From Octopus sinensis (taxonomy: Eukaryota), in assembly GCF_006345805.1 (NCBI RefSeq), contig NW_021833586.1:14847-78846 (forward strand): 64,000 bases of DNA. The letters are read 5' to 3'. Of this stretch, positions 23,801 to 37,020 are shown piece by piece; position 1 is the first letter of the stretch, and the number at the start of each line of letters is the position of its first letter. The notes under the pieces were generated by a model. That model saw only the letters and a program-made list of their open reading frames with translations, made no database searches and was not told the DNA's origin. The translations under genes and the position numbers were made by a program.

Positions 23801-25130
23801 GTCGGCTGGTTGGCTGGTTTGTCGGTTGGTCGTCGGTCGGCTGGTTGGCTGGTTTGTCGGTTGGTCGTCGGTCGGCTGGTTGGCTGTTTGTGGTTGGTTG
23901 GTGGTCGGTTGGTTGTCTGGTTGGCTGGTTTGGTCGGTTGGTCGTCGGTCGGTGTTTGTTGGCTGGTTTACTTGTTGGTTGGTGGGTCGGTTGGTTGACT
24001 GGTTGGCTGGTTGTCGGTTGGACAATGTCAGCTGGTTGGTTGGTCTGTCGGTTGGTTGACTGGTTGGCTGGTTTGTCGGTTGATGAACATATGTCAGCTG
24101 GTTGGTTGGTTTGTCGGGTGGTTTACTGGTGGGTGGGTGGGTCAGTTTTGTTACTGGTTGGCTGGTTTGTCGGTTGGTTCGTCGGTCGGCTGGTGGCTGG
24201 TTTGTCGGTGGTTTATTGGTGGTTGGTTGGTTGGTTGGTTGGTTGACTGGTTGGCTGGTTTGTCGGTTGGGCATATGTCAGCTGGTGTGGTTGGTTGTCG
24301 GTTGGTGTTACTGGCTGGTTGGTGGGTCGGTTGGTTGACTTGTTGGCTGGTTGTCGGTTGGTCGTCGGTCGGCTGGTTGGCTGGTTTGTCGGTTGGTTGT
24401 CTTGTTAGTCGGTTTGTCGTCGGCCGACTGGTTGGCTGGTTTGTCGGTTGGTTTACTGGTTGGTTGGTGGGTCGGTTGGTTGACTGGTTGGCTGGTTTGT
24501 CGGTTTGTCGTCGGTCGGCTGGTTGGTTGGTTTTTCGTTTAGTGGGCTGGTTGGTTGGTTGGTCGGTGGGTCTGCTGGCTGGTTGGTTTGTCGGTTGGCC
24601 GTCGGTCGGCTTGTTTACTGGTTTGTCGGCTGGTTGACTGGTTGGTTTGTCGGTTGGTTGTCTGGTTGGTTGGTTTGACTGTGGGGGTGGCTGTTTGGCT
24701 GGTTGGCTGGTTTGTCGGTTTGTTTGCTGGTTGGCTGGTGCGCCGGTTGGTTGGCTTGTTTGTTGGTTGGTTGGTTGATTCGCTGGGTGGTCGGTGGATC
24801 GGTTGGTTGGTTGCTTAGTCGATTGGTCGTGGTTCAGCTGGTTGGTTGGCTGGTGGTTTGGTTGGTCGGTTGGTCGTGGGTCGGCTTGTTAATTTGTCGG
24901 TTGGTTGGCTGGTGGGCTGATTGGTCGGTTATTCGGCTGGTTGGTTTGTTGGTCGGTTGGTCATATGTCGGCTGGATTTTTGGTTGATGGTTGGTTGGCT
25001 GGTTTGTCCGTTGGTTGGCTGGTTGGCTTGTTGGTTAGTTGGTCAACTGGTTGGTTGGTCGGCGGGTTTGCTGTTTCGCTGGTTTGTCCGTCGGTTGGCT
25101 GGTTGGTAGGTTGGTCCGCTGGTTGGTTGA
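17834..25130. repeat. ~7.3-kb satellite built from GGTT tetramers; 28-bp core unit GGTTGGTTGACTGGTTGG(C/T)TGGT(T/C)TGTC
   Basis: Read directly from the sequence; two interspersed 28-mer variants dominate ~18000-19700. Confidence 0.95.
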
Positions 25131-25220
25131 AGTTGCAGTTGAAGCTGTAGTTTTAGTGGTATACGTGGTAAATATAACTGAGCACTTATTGTGCATTCAT
25201 AATATATGTTGTGAACGACT

Positions 25221-25262
<42 letters not shown>

Positions 25263-25336
25263 ATATATACACATATATATATACATATATTCATATATGC
25301 ATACACATATATATACATATATTCACATATATACAT

Positions 25337-25746
25337 ACTCTCTTTACTCTTTTACTTGTTTCAGTCATGTGAATGTGGCCATGCTGGAGCACCGCCTTCA
25401 GTCGATCAAATCGACCCCAGCATTTATATTTTGTAAGCCTAGTACTTTTGTTATCGGTGTCTTTTTGCCGAACCGCTAAGTTGCGAAGACGTAAACACAC
25501 CAGCATCGGTAGTCATGCGATGTTGGGGGGGACAAACACAGACACACAAACACGCACATACATATATATATATACATATATACGACCGTCTTCTTTCAGT
25601 TTCCGTCTACCATATCCACTCACAAGGCTTTGGTTGGCCCGATGCTATAGTAGAAGACACTTGACCAAGGTGCCACGCAGTGGGACTGAACCCGGACCCA
25701 TGTAGTTCGTAAGCAAGCTACTTGCCACACAGCCACTCCTACGCCT
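25337..25746 (-). mobile_element. SINE family B
   Basis: Matches other family B copies. Confidence 0.85.
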
Positions 25747-26162
25747 ATATATATATATATGTTTGTGTGTGTGTGTATGCGTATGTGTGTGTGTGTGTGT
25801 CATTGTCCAGTTTATTTTAAGATTTCTTCTCAATCGAGAAAGAACCGGTTTCTAACCTAGATCCAAGTTTCCTTCATTGGAATTTCAATATCAACAACAG
25901 GGCATTTTGTTTGTATGTATCTATGTATGTATGTGCATATTTGTATGATTTATGAATGTATTCTCCTGTATATAGTTGCATATCTAGATGTGTTCATATA
26001 TATTTAAATGATAAACTTCTGGAAAGTTTTACAGATTTTTAAGGTTCCAGTGATAGTTTGAATCTGCAGTTAAAACTCACTATTTCACTACCAGTGAAGT
26101 AGTGGGTTTTAACTGCTATTTCTAAATTTCGGTATGTGGTGAAGCAAATTTTTGCTGAACCT

Positions 26163-26579
26163 TAATTATAATTATACTCATAATTATAAAATTTTTGTTT
26201 AACTTTACCGATTATGGTTCTTTTAACATACCAAACTACTTGGTAAAATTATTAATTATTAATCAATTAATTAATTTTACACTTTATTATTATTGATAAT
26301 ATAATTATCTTTCTGATAGTAAACTACAGTTTTTTTTCTGTAGAATTTTACTCATTGGCACACGTGGGTACCCTAATTATAATTATACTCATAATTATAA
26401 AAAATTTGTTTAAGTTTACCGATTATGGTTCTTTTACCATACCGAACTACTTGGTAAAATTATTAATTATTAATTAATTAATTAATTTTACCCTTTATTA
26501 TTATTGATAATATAATTCTCTTTCTGATAGTAAATTACAGTTTTTTTGTCAGTAGAATTTTACTCTTTGGCACACGTGG
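26163..26579. repeat. Tandem duplication of a ~205-bp AT-rich unit; a third partial copy of the upstream part at ~26893-26983
   Basis: 26163-26367 aligns with 26374-26579, both ending CACACGTGG. Confidence 0.85.
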
Positions 26580-26707
26580 TTGAGTGAGGAGGAATACGAG
26601 ATCTCATTCGTCTGTTTAAATTCGAAACTACTGGTCATTAGATATATATTGTCTGATGACGCCTGGTCAGATAAGTATGCTTAATTTTTGCAGTGCTCTC
26701 AAATCTT

Positions 26708-26799
26708 GATTACTGTACTGAAGAGGAGAATGATAAAGTGGAAATGTGATTTTACATTTTTCACATCTATCTAACTCCGAAACGCGTATACAGTTAATC
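26708..26799 (+). ncRNA. Candidate type-I hammerhead ribozyme (minimal, palindromic stem III)
   Basis: Stem I GATTACTGTA/TACAG(T)TAATC; core CTGAAGA 26718-26724; stem II GGAG/CTCC plus extension; GAAA 26779-26782; stem III ACGCGT; cleavage triplet GTA 26786-26788. Confidence 0.7.
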
Positions 26800-26989
26800 A
26801 AAGCCGGGTGGATTCGTTATTTTTTTCTTTTTACCTGCGTGGGTTGATGAGTATTGCTGTCTGGTAGATTTTTTTATGGTAGTGAAATAGTTAGTTTTAA
26901 CTGCTATTTCTAAATTTTGGTATGTGGTGAAGCAAATTTTTGCTGAACCCTAATTATAATTATACTCATAATTATAAAATTTTGTATAT

Positions 26990-27387
26990 GAGTGGCTGTG
27001 TGGTAAGTAGCTTGCTAACCAACCACATGGTTCCGGGTTCAGTCCCACTGCGTGGCATCTTGGGCAAGTGTCTTCTGCTATAGCCCCGGGCCGACCAATG
27101 CCTTGTGAGTGGATTTGGTAGAGGGAAACTGAAAGAAGCCTGTAGTATATATGTATATATATATATGTGTGTGTTTGTGTGTCTGTGTTTGTCCCCCTAG
27201 CATTGCTTGACAACCGATGCTGGTGTGTTTACGTCCCCGTCACTTAGCGATTCGGCAAAAGAGACCGATAGAATAAGTACTGGGCTTACAAAGAATAAGT
27301 CCTGGGGTTAATTTGCTCGACTAAAGGCGGTGCTCCAGCATGGCCGCAGTCAAATGACTGAAACAGGTAAAAGAGTAAAAGAGTAAA

Positions 27388-27389
<2 letters not shown>
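26990..27389 (+). mobile_element. SINE family B, slightly 5'-truncated
   Basis: Matches other family B copies. Confidence 0.85.
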
Positions 27390-27424
<35 letters not shown>

Positions 27425-28159
27425 CTGTTTTTTCTTCATTTGTATTGCTTTTACGTCCTGTTCTTGTCATTTTTTTTTTACCTCTCAGCAAAAGAGTTTT
27501 ATTTAATTCGTTTTGCAGGAATGACTGCTTCGGCCGGATCGTGTTCTGCCCTTACCTTCGAAACACACATTGAGTCGAAACAGGGGCAGCTGATGAAGGG
27601 GAATATTCCTTGTATTGTTTGTCTGGTACTACTGTTTTTCCGTGTTAAAATGTCCGTTTCCTTGTTTGATTTTATGTCTTCGTTTCTCGTTGTGTTCTAC
27701 GTTTATTTGTGGGTCTGTACTCATATATGCATGTATATATACATATAGATGTAGGTGTGTACATATATGTATGTATGCGTATGCAATGTTTTATTATTAA
27801 ATTGTTATCATATATATATATTATATATAATATATTCCTGAGCGTGCCAATAATCAAAATCAAAATCATATATATATATATATATATAACAATTGCAGCA
27901 TGGAATGTGTTTATAAGCCATTTAAGAAACATAAAAATCATTAGATTCACTTCAACATTTCAATTTAATTTACCAAAATATTTTCGTCGCTTTGAGACCG
28001 CGACCTGTTCACTGATAAAATTCCGTGCTGCACCTTGTTAGTTGTCATCTGAAGTGTTAAGATTGTAATGCTACCTGTTATAGATATGTGCTCGCAACGA
28101 AAAAGTGATTAAGTTTCAAAATAAGTGGATGGCTAGTATGTGTGTACGTGTGTATCTGT

Positions 28160-28225
<66 letters not shown>

Positions 28226-28630
28226 TTGTTGACGTTTGGTAGAACAAACCGTATAAGCAGGAATCAATAGATCAATAGATGATCAAATATGTTCTGTTTA
28301 TTAAGTTTCTAAATTTTGCCGAAATATGTGCGTGTATTTATGTTTACGTATATACCTATAAATGTCTATATGTTCGTGTGTTTGTGTTAAGGTGCGTGTG
28401 TGTATCTGACTATCTTTCTCTCTCTCTCTCTGTATATATATATATATATATATATGCATGTGTGTGTTTATACATATACATACATATATACACAGAAAAG
28501 CACATATTTGTATATATATACACACGGTTATACATACACACACACACAAAACATACACAACGTACACACACCACAAAAGCATACACAACGTACACACACA
28601 TGTTCATGTACACACACATACATATATATA

Positions 28631-28661
<31 letters not shown>

Positions 28662-29664
28662 CCACTTACATTACATACCCACACTAACCTAACAAACCAT
28701 ACTCACCCCACACACACACACACACCACACATACTCACCCCGTTAATACCCATGTTTAATGACTATAACATAACCTATACTTAACACTCTTGTCATTGTG
28801 ATAAACAGATAGATTACGGAATTTTAATGCCTCGTCGTATCATCTAGAATATTTTATTTCCCATTCTACGTACTCCACCGCCCAGCACCACGGAACACCA
28901 CGCAACACCACACTCCACCATCCACAAAGCTCACACTTCTTTTAATCTGCTTACCAATTCTCTTTGTAATTCCTCTCTTCATTTTACATTCGTACAACTC
29001 ATTGAACCGCGCCGAGTTGTTGAGTCAAAATCCTTTAATTTGTGAATGTAATAATGTACGCAATAGCTAATTAAGTTTACATTTTCTTTATTCATTTACT
29101 TGTTGAATTGTTTTATTTATTCTTTCTTATAATCAGTTATTTTATTTATTTGCTTATTCATCTATTAGTTTATGAGTTCTTTTAATTAGATTGTTTGTTA
29201 TCTGAAGCGTTAAGTAAGACGAGAAATACAAATAAATAAACAAATAGAACTGAAGAGTTTGATGCGAAGTATACGATATATTCTTCACTGGTGTTATACT
29301 CTTAAGTTTTTTCTACGAGGATTCTTTAAAAATCTGTTTTCTGAAATAATGTTTGTCACGTCTGTGTTGCACAGAATTGTCTTAACTTGAACGAGAACAT
29401 ACGATATGTATGCGCGCATATATCCACATATATAGAAGAGGAAGAGTTTGAATCACTGGTAGCCTAAACTAATAGGTGTGCGGTATGAGTGCTCCAATTA
29501 AAATCTACTAGGGTCCAAGTTGTGGCCACCGTCCAGTAGATATAATTTAAAGAAGAGGGAAACAAAATCAAGAAAGCAAAATCAAAATCAAAATCACACA
29601 CACATGCACATACAAGTGCAGGAGGTGGTCAAACTCTGCATAAGGAGTAGACAACCACCAAATT

Positions 29665-29699
<35 letters not shown>

Positions 29700-29773
29700 A
29701 AATATATGCATATATGTGTATATATATATGTATATGTATATCCAGATGTATATATATATATATATATATATAT

Positions 29774-29820
<47 letters not shown>

Positions 29821-29850
29821 GATATATATGTATATATATATATATATATA

Positions 29851-30390
29851 TAACATAAGGGACGTTAGCCATCCGAATGTGGCTAGGGACAGGGCAGGGC
29901 GGTGGGGGTGTTACTGATGCATTTAGCCCCAGGCGATCATCAACGTCACCAGGAGGGCTGACGCCATCACGGCGTCCTCTAGCCTGCAAAGGGAGATCAT
30001 TCCCCGAAGAAGCGGATGCCACATACGGACCCAGGTTTCAAGGTGTTTGCCTATCTCGTTTAGAGAATTATTATTGCTGTCGAACAGATTTTCTACATCA
30101 GTAAATGTATTTACTGTGAAAATCTTTATATAGATAGCCTGCACAGAGAGTCGTTCGTCGAGGGGCGGTGCCTGCCATACGTTGATAATAGGCAAACACC
30201 TTGAAAACTGGGCCCGTATGTGGCACCCGCTTCTTCGGGGAATGATCTCCCTTTGCAGGCTAGAGGACGCCGTGATGGCCGTCAGCCCTCCTGGTGACGT
30301 TGATGATCGCCTGGGCTAAATGCATCAGTAACACCCCCACCGCCTGCCCTGTCCATAGCCACATTCGGATGGCTAACGTCCCTTATGTTA
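29851..30390. mobile_element. GC-rich foldback element with ~203-bp inverted arms
   Basis: 29851-30054 is the reverse complement of 30188-30390 with few mismatches; ~133-bp spacer. Confidence 0.85.
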
Positions 30391-30452
30391 TGGAGCAGTT
30401 ACTGTCTATATCTCGTTTAGAGAATTATTATTGCTATATATATATATATATA

Positions 30453-31345
30453 ACACTTAGATAAACTTAGATATGTTTCGACCAAAGATTAGTCCAGGCC
30501 ATGTCTAACTTAATAGCACCACCTGATAGGATTATTCGATTCCTGTTTAAGTCAAGTTTTGTTCAAGTAGTGAGTTCTTGTTGGGTGAGTTGTATCCAGT
30601 TTTGTTCAAGTAGTGAGTTCTTGTTGGGTGAGTTGTATTCAATTATGGGTGGCTTATCTGGTATTCTTTGAAGGAATCTATCCAGACTCTATTTAAAGTT
30701 GATGGGATCCTTTTCCTCTTTGATCTCTCTCGGGACAATGTTAAATGGGGCAGGGCCTGTTGAAGAAAAGAAATTATGTTGCAGTGTACATGTATGTTGT
30801 GATCTTGAATTGGGCAGGGGACGTATATCCCGTGGTCCAAGTCTTGGATGAACCTTGAAGCTAATGTTTAGGTCGTTTGGGCAAAGTTGGCGGTATATTT
30901 TCCACATCGTACAAATGATGAACCGCTCACGGCGACGCTGGAGGGAGTAAAGTTTCAAGGCTTTAAGGCGATCCCAATAATCGAGAGCAGCCATGCCTTC
31001 AATGCGTTTTGTGAGTGCCCTCTGGGGTGACTCAATTCTGGAGATGTTTTGTCTTGTGTGAGGAGACCACAGTGGTCAGCAGTATTCAAGGTGTGGCCGT
31101 ACAAAGGAGGAAAAAAGTGGTATGATGACACATTGTTCTCTGGACCGGAAAGTTCTTAAGATCCAGGAACTCATCCTACGAGCTATATCGACCTTCTTGT
31201 TGATGTGTGCACTCCAACTGAGATCGTCATCAACAATTACACCCAGGTCTCTGATATTGTTAGAGGCTGTGAGCGGTTCCCCTGAAGGAAGAGAGTATGG
31301 CTGTTTTAGTGAGGAGTTTCTTCCAAAATGCATCAGCTCAAATGT
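30453..31345 (-). mobile_element. 5'-truncated CR1/L2-group LINE (RT C-terminal region, 3' UTR and short tandem tail)
   Basis: RDLGVIVDDDLSWSAHI..RPHLEYC*..WSP..YWDRLKALKLYSLQRRRER in one frame with a single nonsense codon at ~31076; typical of CR1/L2-group ORF2 ends. Confidence 0.85.
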
Positions 31346-32355
31346 ACATATATGTATATATATTTGTATATATATGTATATATAATTTATAACTTAGCGT
31401 ACATGCGATTATAACTAATTACCGTGTAATCAGCAATCGTTATGTTGACTACGGTAAAAACCGGTGTTCACATACTGCGTATACCCTGTGAAAATAACAT
31501 TCGATGTCGTGATATATAAATATATGTATCTTTAAAACAAAATATTTTATGGAAATATATGAGTGGATCTATTTTGTTATTTTGTGGCATTTTTAGTTTT
31601 GAGAAGCTCAATGCCTGCATGGATAGGATTATACCTCTTTTATTATTATTATTTATTCATTTATTTATGTGTTGGACTTGATTTGTGGATATGTATGTGT
31701 ATGAGTCTATGTGTGGTGTATACATATAATTATGTGTGTATGTGCGATTGATCTGTGGATGTGCGTGTGCGTATGTGCGTTTCTTGACTAACTAACCGTA
31801 AAATTTCTTTTGTGATTCAAATTTTAAACTATAAGCCAATCGAATTAATCTAGAATAATCAATATCAAGCGGACAGAATAACCAGACACTTAGATATGTA
31901 GATATCCGATGGATGTACTTGGTGCAGACATAACTGTATCTATTATTATTATTATTATAATATTAATAGTAATTATTATTGACTTTTACAGGTTTATAAT
32001 TTTATGAACTGAAATGTGGTTTTTCATTACTTTTCATGTATAATTCTGATTTTAATTTAAATGTGAGTGTGCACTATCTTCTTGTGTGGTAGTTTTTAGA
32101 ACTATTAACTCAATATGTAGAATAACTGAGCTTATTAATATATATTGATATATTATTTGTTTTTTTTGTTTTGTGTATCTTGTATTATTGTATTAGTGAA
32201 TATATATATATATATATATATATTATTATATATATATATATATTATATATGTGTGTGTGTAGTATTATGGTGTCTATGCACACGTCTTTATATTTTACAT
32301 TTTATATTGATATGTATGCAAAAAAACATTTTTCACAATTATAATTTTATGAAAT

Positions 32356-32465
32356 TCTCTGAAGAGGCCGTGGGGCATCCTTGTTAATGTCTCATTTATA
32401 CCTGCCTTATATGGCTTATAGTTAAATGAGGCATGTTTGCCCTTGCTGCCGAAACAGCTGTCAGA
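32356..32465 (+). ncRNA. Candidate type-I hammerhead ribozyme with long stem II
   Basis: CTGAAGA 32359-32365; GGC/GCC closing stem II with an inner 12-bp helix; GAAA 32451-32454; palindrome ACAGCTGT; GTC triplet 32460-32462. Stem I is only TCT/AGA. Confidence 0.5.
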
Positions 32466-32643
32466 TATGATATAATTACATATTATATTTTATATTTTAT
32501 ATTTCTATTTCCTTGTCTAATTATATTTACAATAATTTTGTATAATGCCTTTACTGTATGTAATGGTGTAATAAAGTATTGATTGGGTATCATCGTTGGT
32601 ATGATCTTTGATTGGTTGATGTCTCCATTTTCTAATTTTGTAT

Positions 32644-32850
32644 GAGAGCGCAATGGCCTAGTGGTTAGGGCAGCGGACTCGCGGTCGCAGGATCGCGGTT
32701 TCGATTTTCAGACTGGGCGTTGTGTGTGTTTATTGAGCGAAAAGACCTAAAGCTCTACGAGGCTCCGCAGGGGTGGTGATCCCTGCTGTACTCTTTCACT
32801 CTTTCACTACAATGGCGGTGCCCCAGCATGCCCAGCTCAAGAGCGAAACT
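32644..32850 (+). mobile_element. SINE family A, 3'-truncated
   Basis: Same head as 11245, 50250 and 44302. Confidence 0.8.
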
Positions 32851-32994
32851 GGATAAATCAAAACAAAACAAAACAAATATATATAATATATATATATTAT
32901 ATATATGTGTGTGGTGTGTGTGTGTAATATATACATATATACAAATATTATACATATATATGTACATATATATATACACATATATATCTATTAT

Positions 32995-33036
<42 letters not shown>

Positions 33037-33444
33037 TTCTATATATGTCCCCTCCCACAATATTTCCGACCTTGTGCCTATTGCAGAAATTGTTGGCCTT
33101 GTGCGTGATTTTTGTTAGCCCTTGTGGCCAATAAACGAACGAATTATTATTATTATTATTATTATTATTATCATTGTAACAAGGAGGTCTTTTATTTATT
33201 GGCTACGACGAAAATGAGGACAATAACGTAAACACACACAATGGCCAAATGTTAAACAGACTTGGTATTTGATACAACTTTGTATTTGAAATCTGTTTTT
33301 TTTCGTTTTACTCTTTATCAAACAGATAAGAATGAAAGTAAAGACTGCTGATTAGATGTGACTATATATATGTATGTATTTACGTATGTATGTATGTATG
33401 TACGTATGTATGTATGTATGTATACATATATGTATGTATATATG

Positions 33445-33476
<32 letters not shown>

Positions 33477-33519
33477 ATATATATATGCATATGTTGTATA
33501 TATATATATATATATGTAC

Positions 33520-33551
<32 letters not shown>

Positions 33552-33688
33552 GTACATATATATATATATATATATGTATATGTATATATATAATATTACA
33601 TATATATGTATATGTATATATATATGTATATGTATCTATGTATATGTATATATATATATATATACATATATATGTATGTATATATATT

Positions 33689-33757
<69 letters not shown>

Positions 33758-34149
33758 TATATATATACACATATATATATATTTGACAGTTATTTTAATT
33801 ATCCCATTTTAATGTTATCAGTTACTTGTCATTGTTCATTTTTGTCTCATTAGACGAGAGGAGCCGTGTTGTCCAACCTTGCTACTATTATATACGGATA
33901 CGTGTATACACACATGCATAATGCGCGTGTGCGTGTGTGTATGTATGTTCATGTATATATATATATATATATATGTATGCATGTAACCTTCTGTATTATG
34001 ACTACTGTAAGAAAGACCAATCTGTGTGTTCGATATAAACATGAACTATTCAAATAGCAATTTTGTCCAGAGGGTGTTGTTAAAGGCTCAGTCCAACATC
34101 CGAATTGGTCGTACAGGTGCATATTGTCATCTGGGATACTTATAAGAAT

Positions 34150-34553
34150 ACTCTTTTACCCTTTTACTTGTTTCAGTCATTTGACTGCGGCCATGCTGGA
34201 GCACCACCTTTAGTCGAGCAAATCGACACCAGGACTTATTCTTTGTAAGCCTCGTACTTATTCTTTCGGTCTCTTTTGCCGAGCCGCTAAGTTACGGGGA
34301 CGTAAACACACCAGCATCGGTTGTCAAGCGATTTTGGGGGGTACAAACACAGACACACAAACACACACACATACATACATACATATGTACGACGGGCTTC
34401 TTTCAGTTTCTGTCTACCAAATCCACACACAAGGCTTTGGTCGGCCCGAGGCTATAGTAGAAGACACTTGCCCAAAGTGCCACGCAGTGGGATTGAACCC
34501 GGAACCATGTGGTTGGCAAGCAAGCTACTTACCACACAGCCACTCCTGCGCCT
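34150..34553 (-). mobile_element. SINE family B, abutting a + strand family E copy (~34590-34880)
   Basis: Matches other copies of both families. Confidence 0.8.
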
Positions 34554-36521
34554 ATGTCGAACTATTTGTCGTTTTTGTTAGAGCGTCGTACTCACAAACT
34601 TGAGATAGTGAGTTCGATTTCCGGACCGGGCTGCGTGTTGTGTTCTTGAGCAAAACACTTTATTTCACGTGGCTCCAGTTCACTCAGCTGTGGAAAGGAT
34701 TTGCGACGTCATAAGTGCCAAGCTGTATCGGTCTTTGCCTTTCCCTCGGATAACATCGGTACCATGGAGAAGGGGTGCTGGTATGCATGGGCGACTGATA
34801 GTCCTCCATAAACAAGCTCACTCGGGCTTCTGTCTTGGAAAGTACATTTCTAGGTTCAATCCCATCGTCATTCCTGACCGAAGGGTGTCTTTACGCTTAC
34901 CCTTTATGTATGTACGCATTTTTATATGCTTGTATAGCTGAAAGAAGTTTAAAGAAATATATGTATATATGTATGTACGTATATTTACATTGGTTTAACA
35001 TTTTAGCACGAGGCCAGCAATCTTCGGAAAGGGGCTAACCGATAACATTGACCCCACTACTCAACTTGTACTTATTTTATCGATCCCGAAATTATGAAAG
35101 GCGAAGCCGACCTCGCAGGAATTTCAGCTCATATTTTACTATACATATCCATCATTTTCTGTTAAAAGGACTTATAGACGAGTTTCATTTCTTCATTTTC
35201 CGGAAGAGAAGATTACATTGTTTTACACCATTATATTCCTTTGGAATAATACCAATGATATCTTCGAAACATGTGTCGGAAGGAAAAGAATTTGAATAAC
35301 ACCTGTATTTAACTCCATATATTTATATATATATAGTGGAGGCACCACATGGCCCAGTGGTTAGGGCAGCGGACTCGCTATGATGCTATCTATGAAGCCT
35401 AACACCTAACCATAACCCTATTTTTAAAAGGGCCCGAGAACATTTACTGGATTGCAGTGTGTTTCAAAGCTGGATGTGAGATTATGGATAGAATGATGTC
35501 TATTTGATCAGTTTTCATTTGGGGCTATAGAACATCAACAACAATATCAAAAACATATATATTAAGCAGCTTACAAGCAACGACATTAAAATAATAAAGC
35601 GACAGCGATAGCACCTTTACGTGGTCGCACAAATTGCTAGAAACAGCAGTCAAGAATCTTTAAAACTGACTACCATCTAAAAAGTGTGTATATAAAAAAT
35701 ATCGGATAAGGACCCTCGGGTGACATCACACTTGAGAAAATAAGAGGAGATGGTCACAGCTGGAATGGTATTCATCATTGATCTATCCAGTTAGGGTTAA
35801 CCTGTGGTCTAAACCATTAAAAGCAACAGTGACAAATCGAAGACAATAACGATGATATACAGAGTGCGGTAAAAATTCTCACCCATTTACGTTTAATGTG
35901 AAAGGTGAATCTGGAAGATTGTTTTAGTCGCAAGTTATGTGACTGAAAGGAACTGCCATCCAACCAGGTTAAGAAACATGTCGCTTACGTCGTTGATTAT
36001 TATAATATATTTAGTTGACATTTAGATAGTTGAATTTATTGTCATTGTTGCTCAAAACATGTTCATATTAAGAGAGAATGAGGTTTAGATGAGGGAGAGG
36101 GGAAAGAGAAAGGTAGGGTGATGGTGGTGGTGGTGGTAGTGGTGGTGGTGGCACAAAAACAAATCTTAAGATATTTGATATCACATACGACAAGCTGAGT
36201 GGGTGGTCGCTGTCGTCAACGTCATGACGTAAGAAGCGAAATAAACATCTCGTATTTATATATACTCCTTTGATATGTGTGTGCATGTGTATGTGTGTGC
36301 GCATGTGTGCGTGTGTGCGTGCCTGCATATGTATTTCATAAATACTTATTGACATATTCTTCTTATGTGTGTGTCCGTGTGTGTGTGTGTGTGCGTGTGT
36401 GTGTGTGTGTGTGTTGTGTGTGTGTGTGCGTGTGTGCGTGTGTGCGTGTGTGCGTGTGTGTATGTGTGTGTGCGTGCGCGCGTGTATAATTATGCGCGCA
36501 TGTATATGCAGAAATAAACAT

Positions 36522-36707
36522 ATATTAAGAGTTATCGCCAAGCTAATATGGCAGTCCAGAAAAATAGGACGAATGCTGCCGTTGATGAGGTTCACGAGAT
36601 CATCGCACAAACCTAGCTAGAGGCGATGACCTCTTGGAGCTAATCAACGGCAACATTCGTCCTATTTTTCTGGACTGCCATGTTAGCTTGGCGATAACTA
36701 TTAATAT
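36522..36707. mobile_element. Palindromic MITE-like element (~65-bp outer arms plus inner stem)
   Basis: ATATTAAGAGTTATCGCCAAGCTAATATGGCAGTCCAG.. pairs with ..CTGGACTGCCATGTTAGCTTGGCGATAACTATTAATAT. Confidence 0.8.
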
Positions 36708-36974
36708 CCAGTATCGCTGCCGTAGTCTCCTTTAGAGAGAATTAGAAATAACGATATTTTTATAACATATATTAATTTATACATTATATATATATAGAGC
36801 GGGGGCTACTAATCCCAAGGTTCCGAGTTCGATTCCAGGCAGTGACCTGAATAATAAAATAATAATGATAACAACAACAACAAAAACAACAACAGCAACA
36901 ACAAAAGCAATAACAACAACAACAACATCAAAAATACTTTAGAATTGAGAACCCAGGTACGAAATTTACCCTAA

Positions 36975-37020
36975 GACACCTGATGAAGGCTGAAAGGTAT
37001 ATCAGCCGAAACGTTGTGTT
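36975..37020 (+). ncRNA. Candidate minimal hammerhead ribozyme (46 nt)
   Basis: GACAC-CTGATGA-A-GGCTGA-loop-TCAGCC-GAAAC-GTT-GTGTT; stems I and II fully paired, palindrome AACGTT, GUU triplet (suboptimal). Confidence 0.55.

Noticed and set aside
17834-25130. Satellite as a CRISPR array or interstitial telomere
   Set aside because: No unique spacers or cas genes, eukaryotic context, and the unit is not TTAGGG-like.
26618-26665. GAAA...GTC...CTGATGA as a type-II hammerhead
   Set aside because: Stem I and stem II do not pair (C opposite C at 10.1/11.1).
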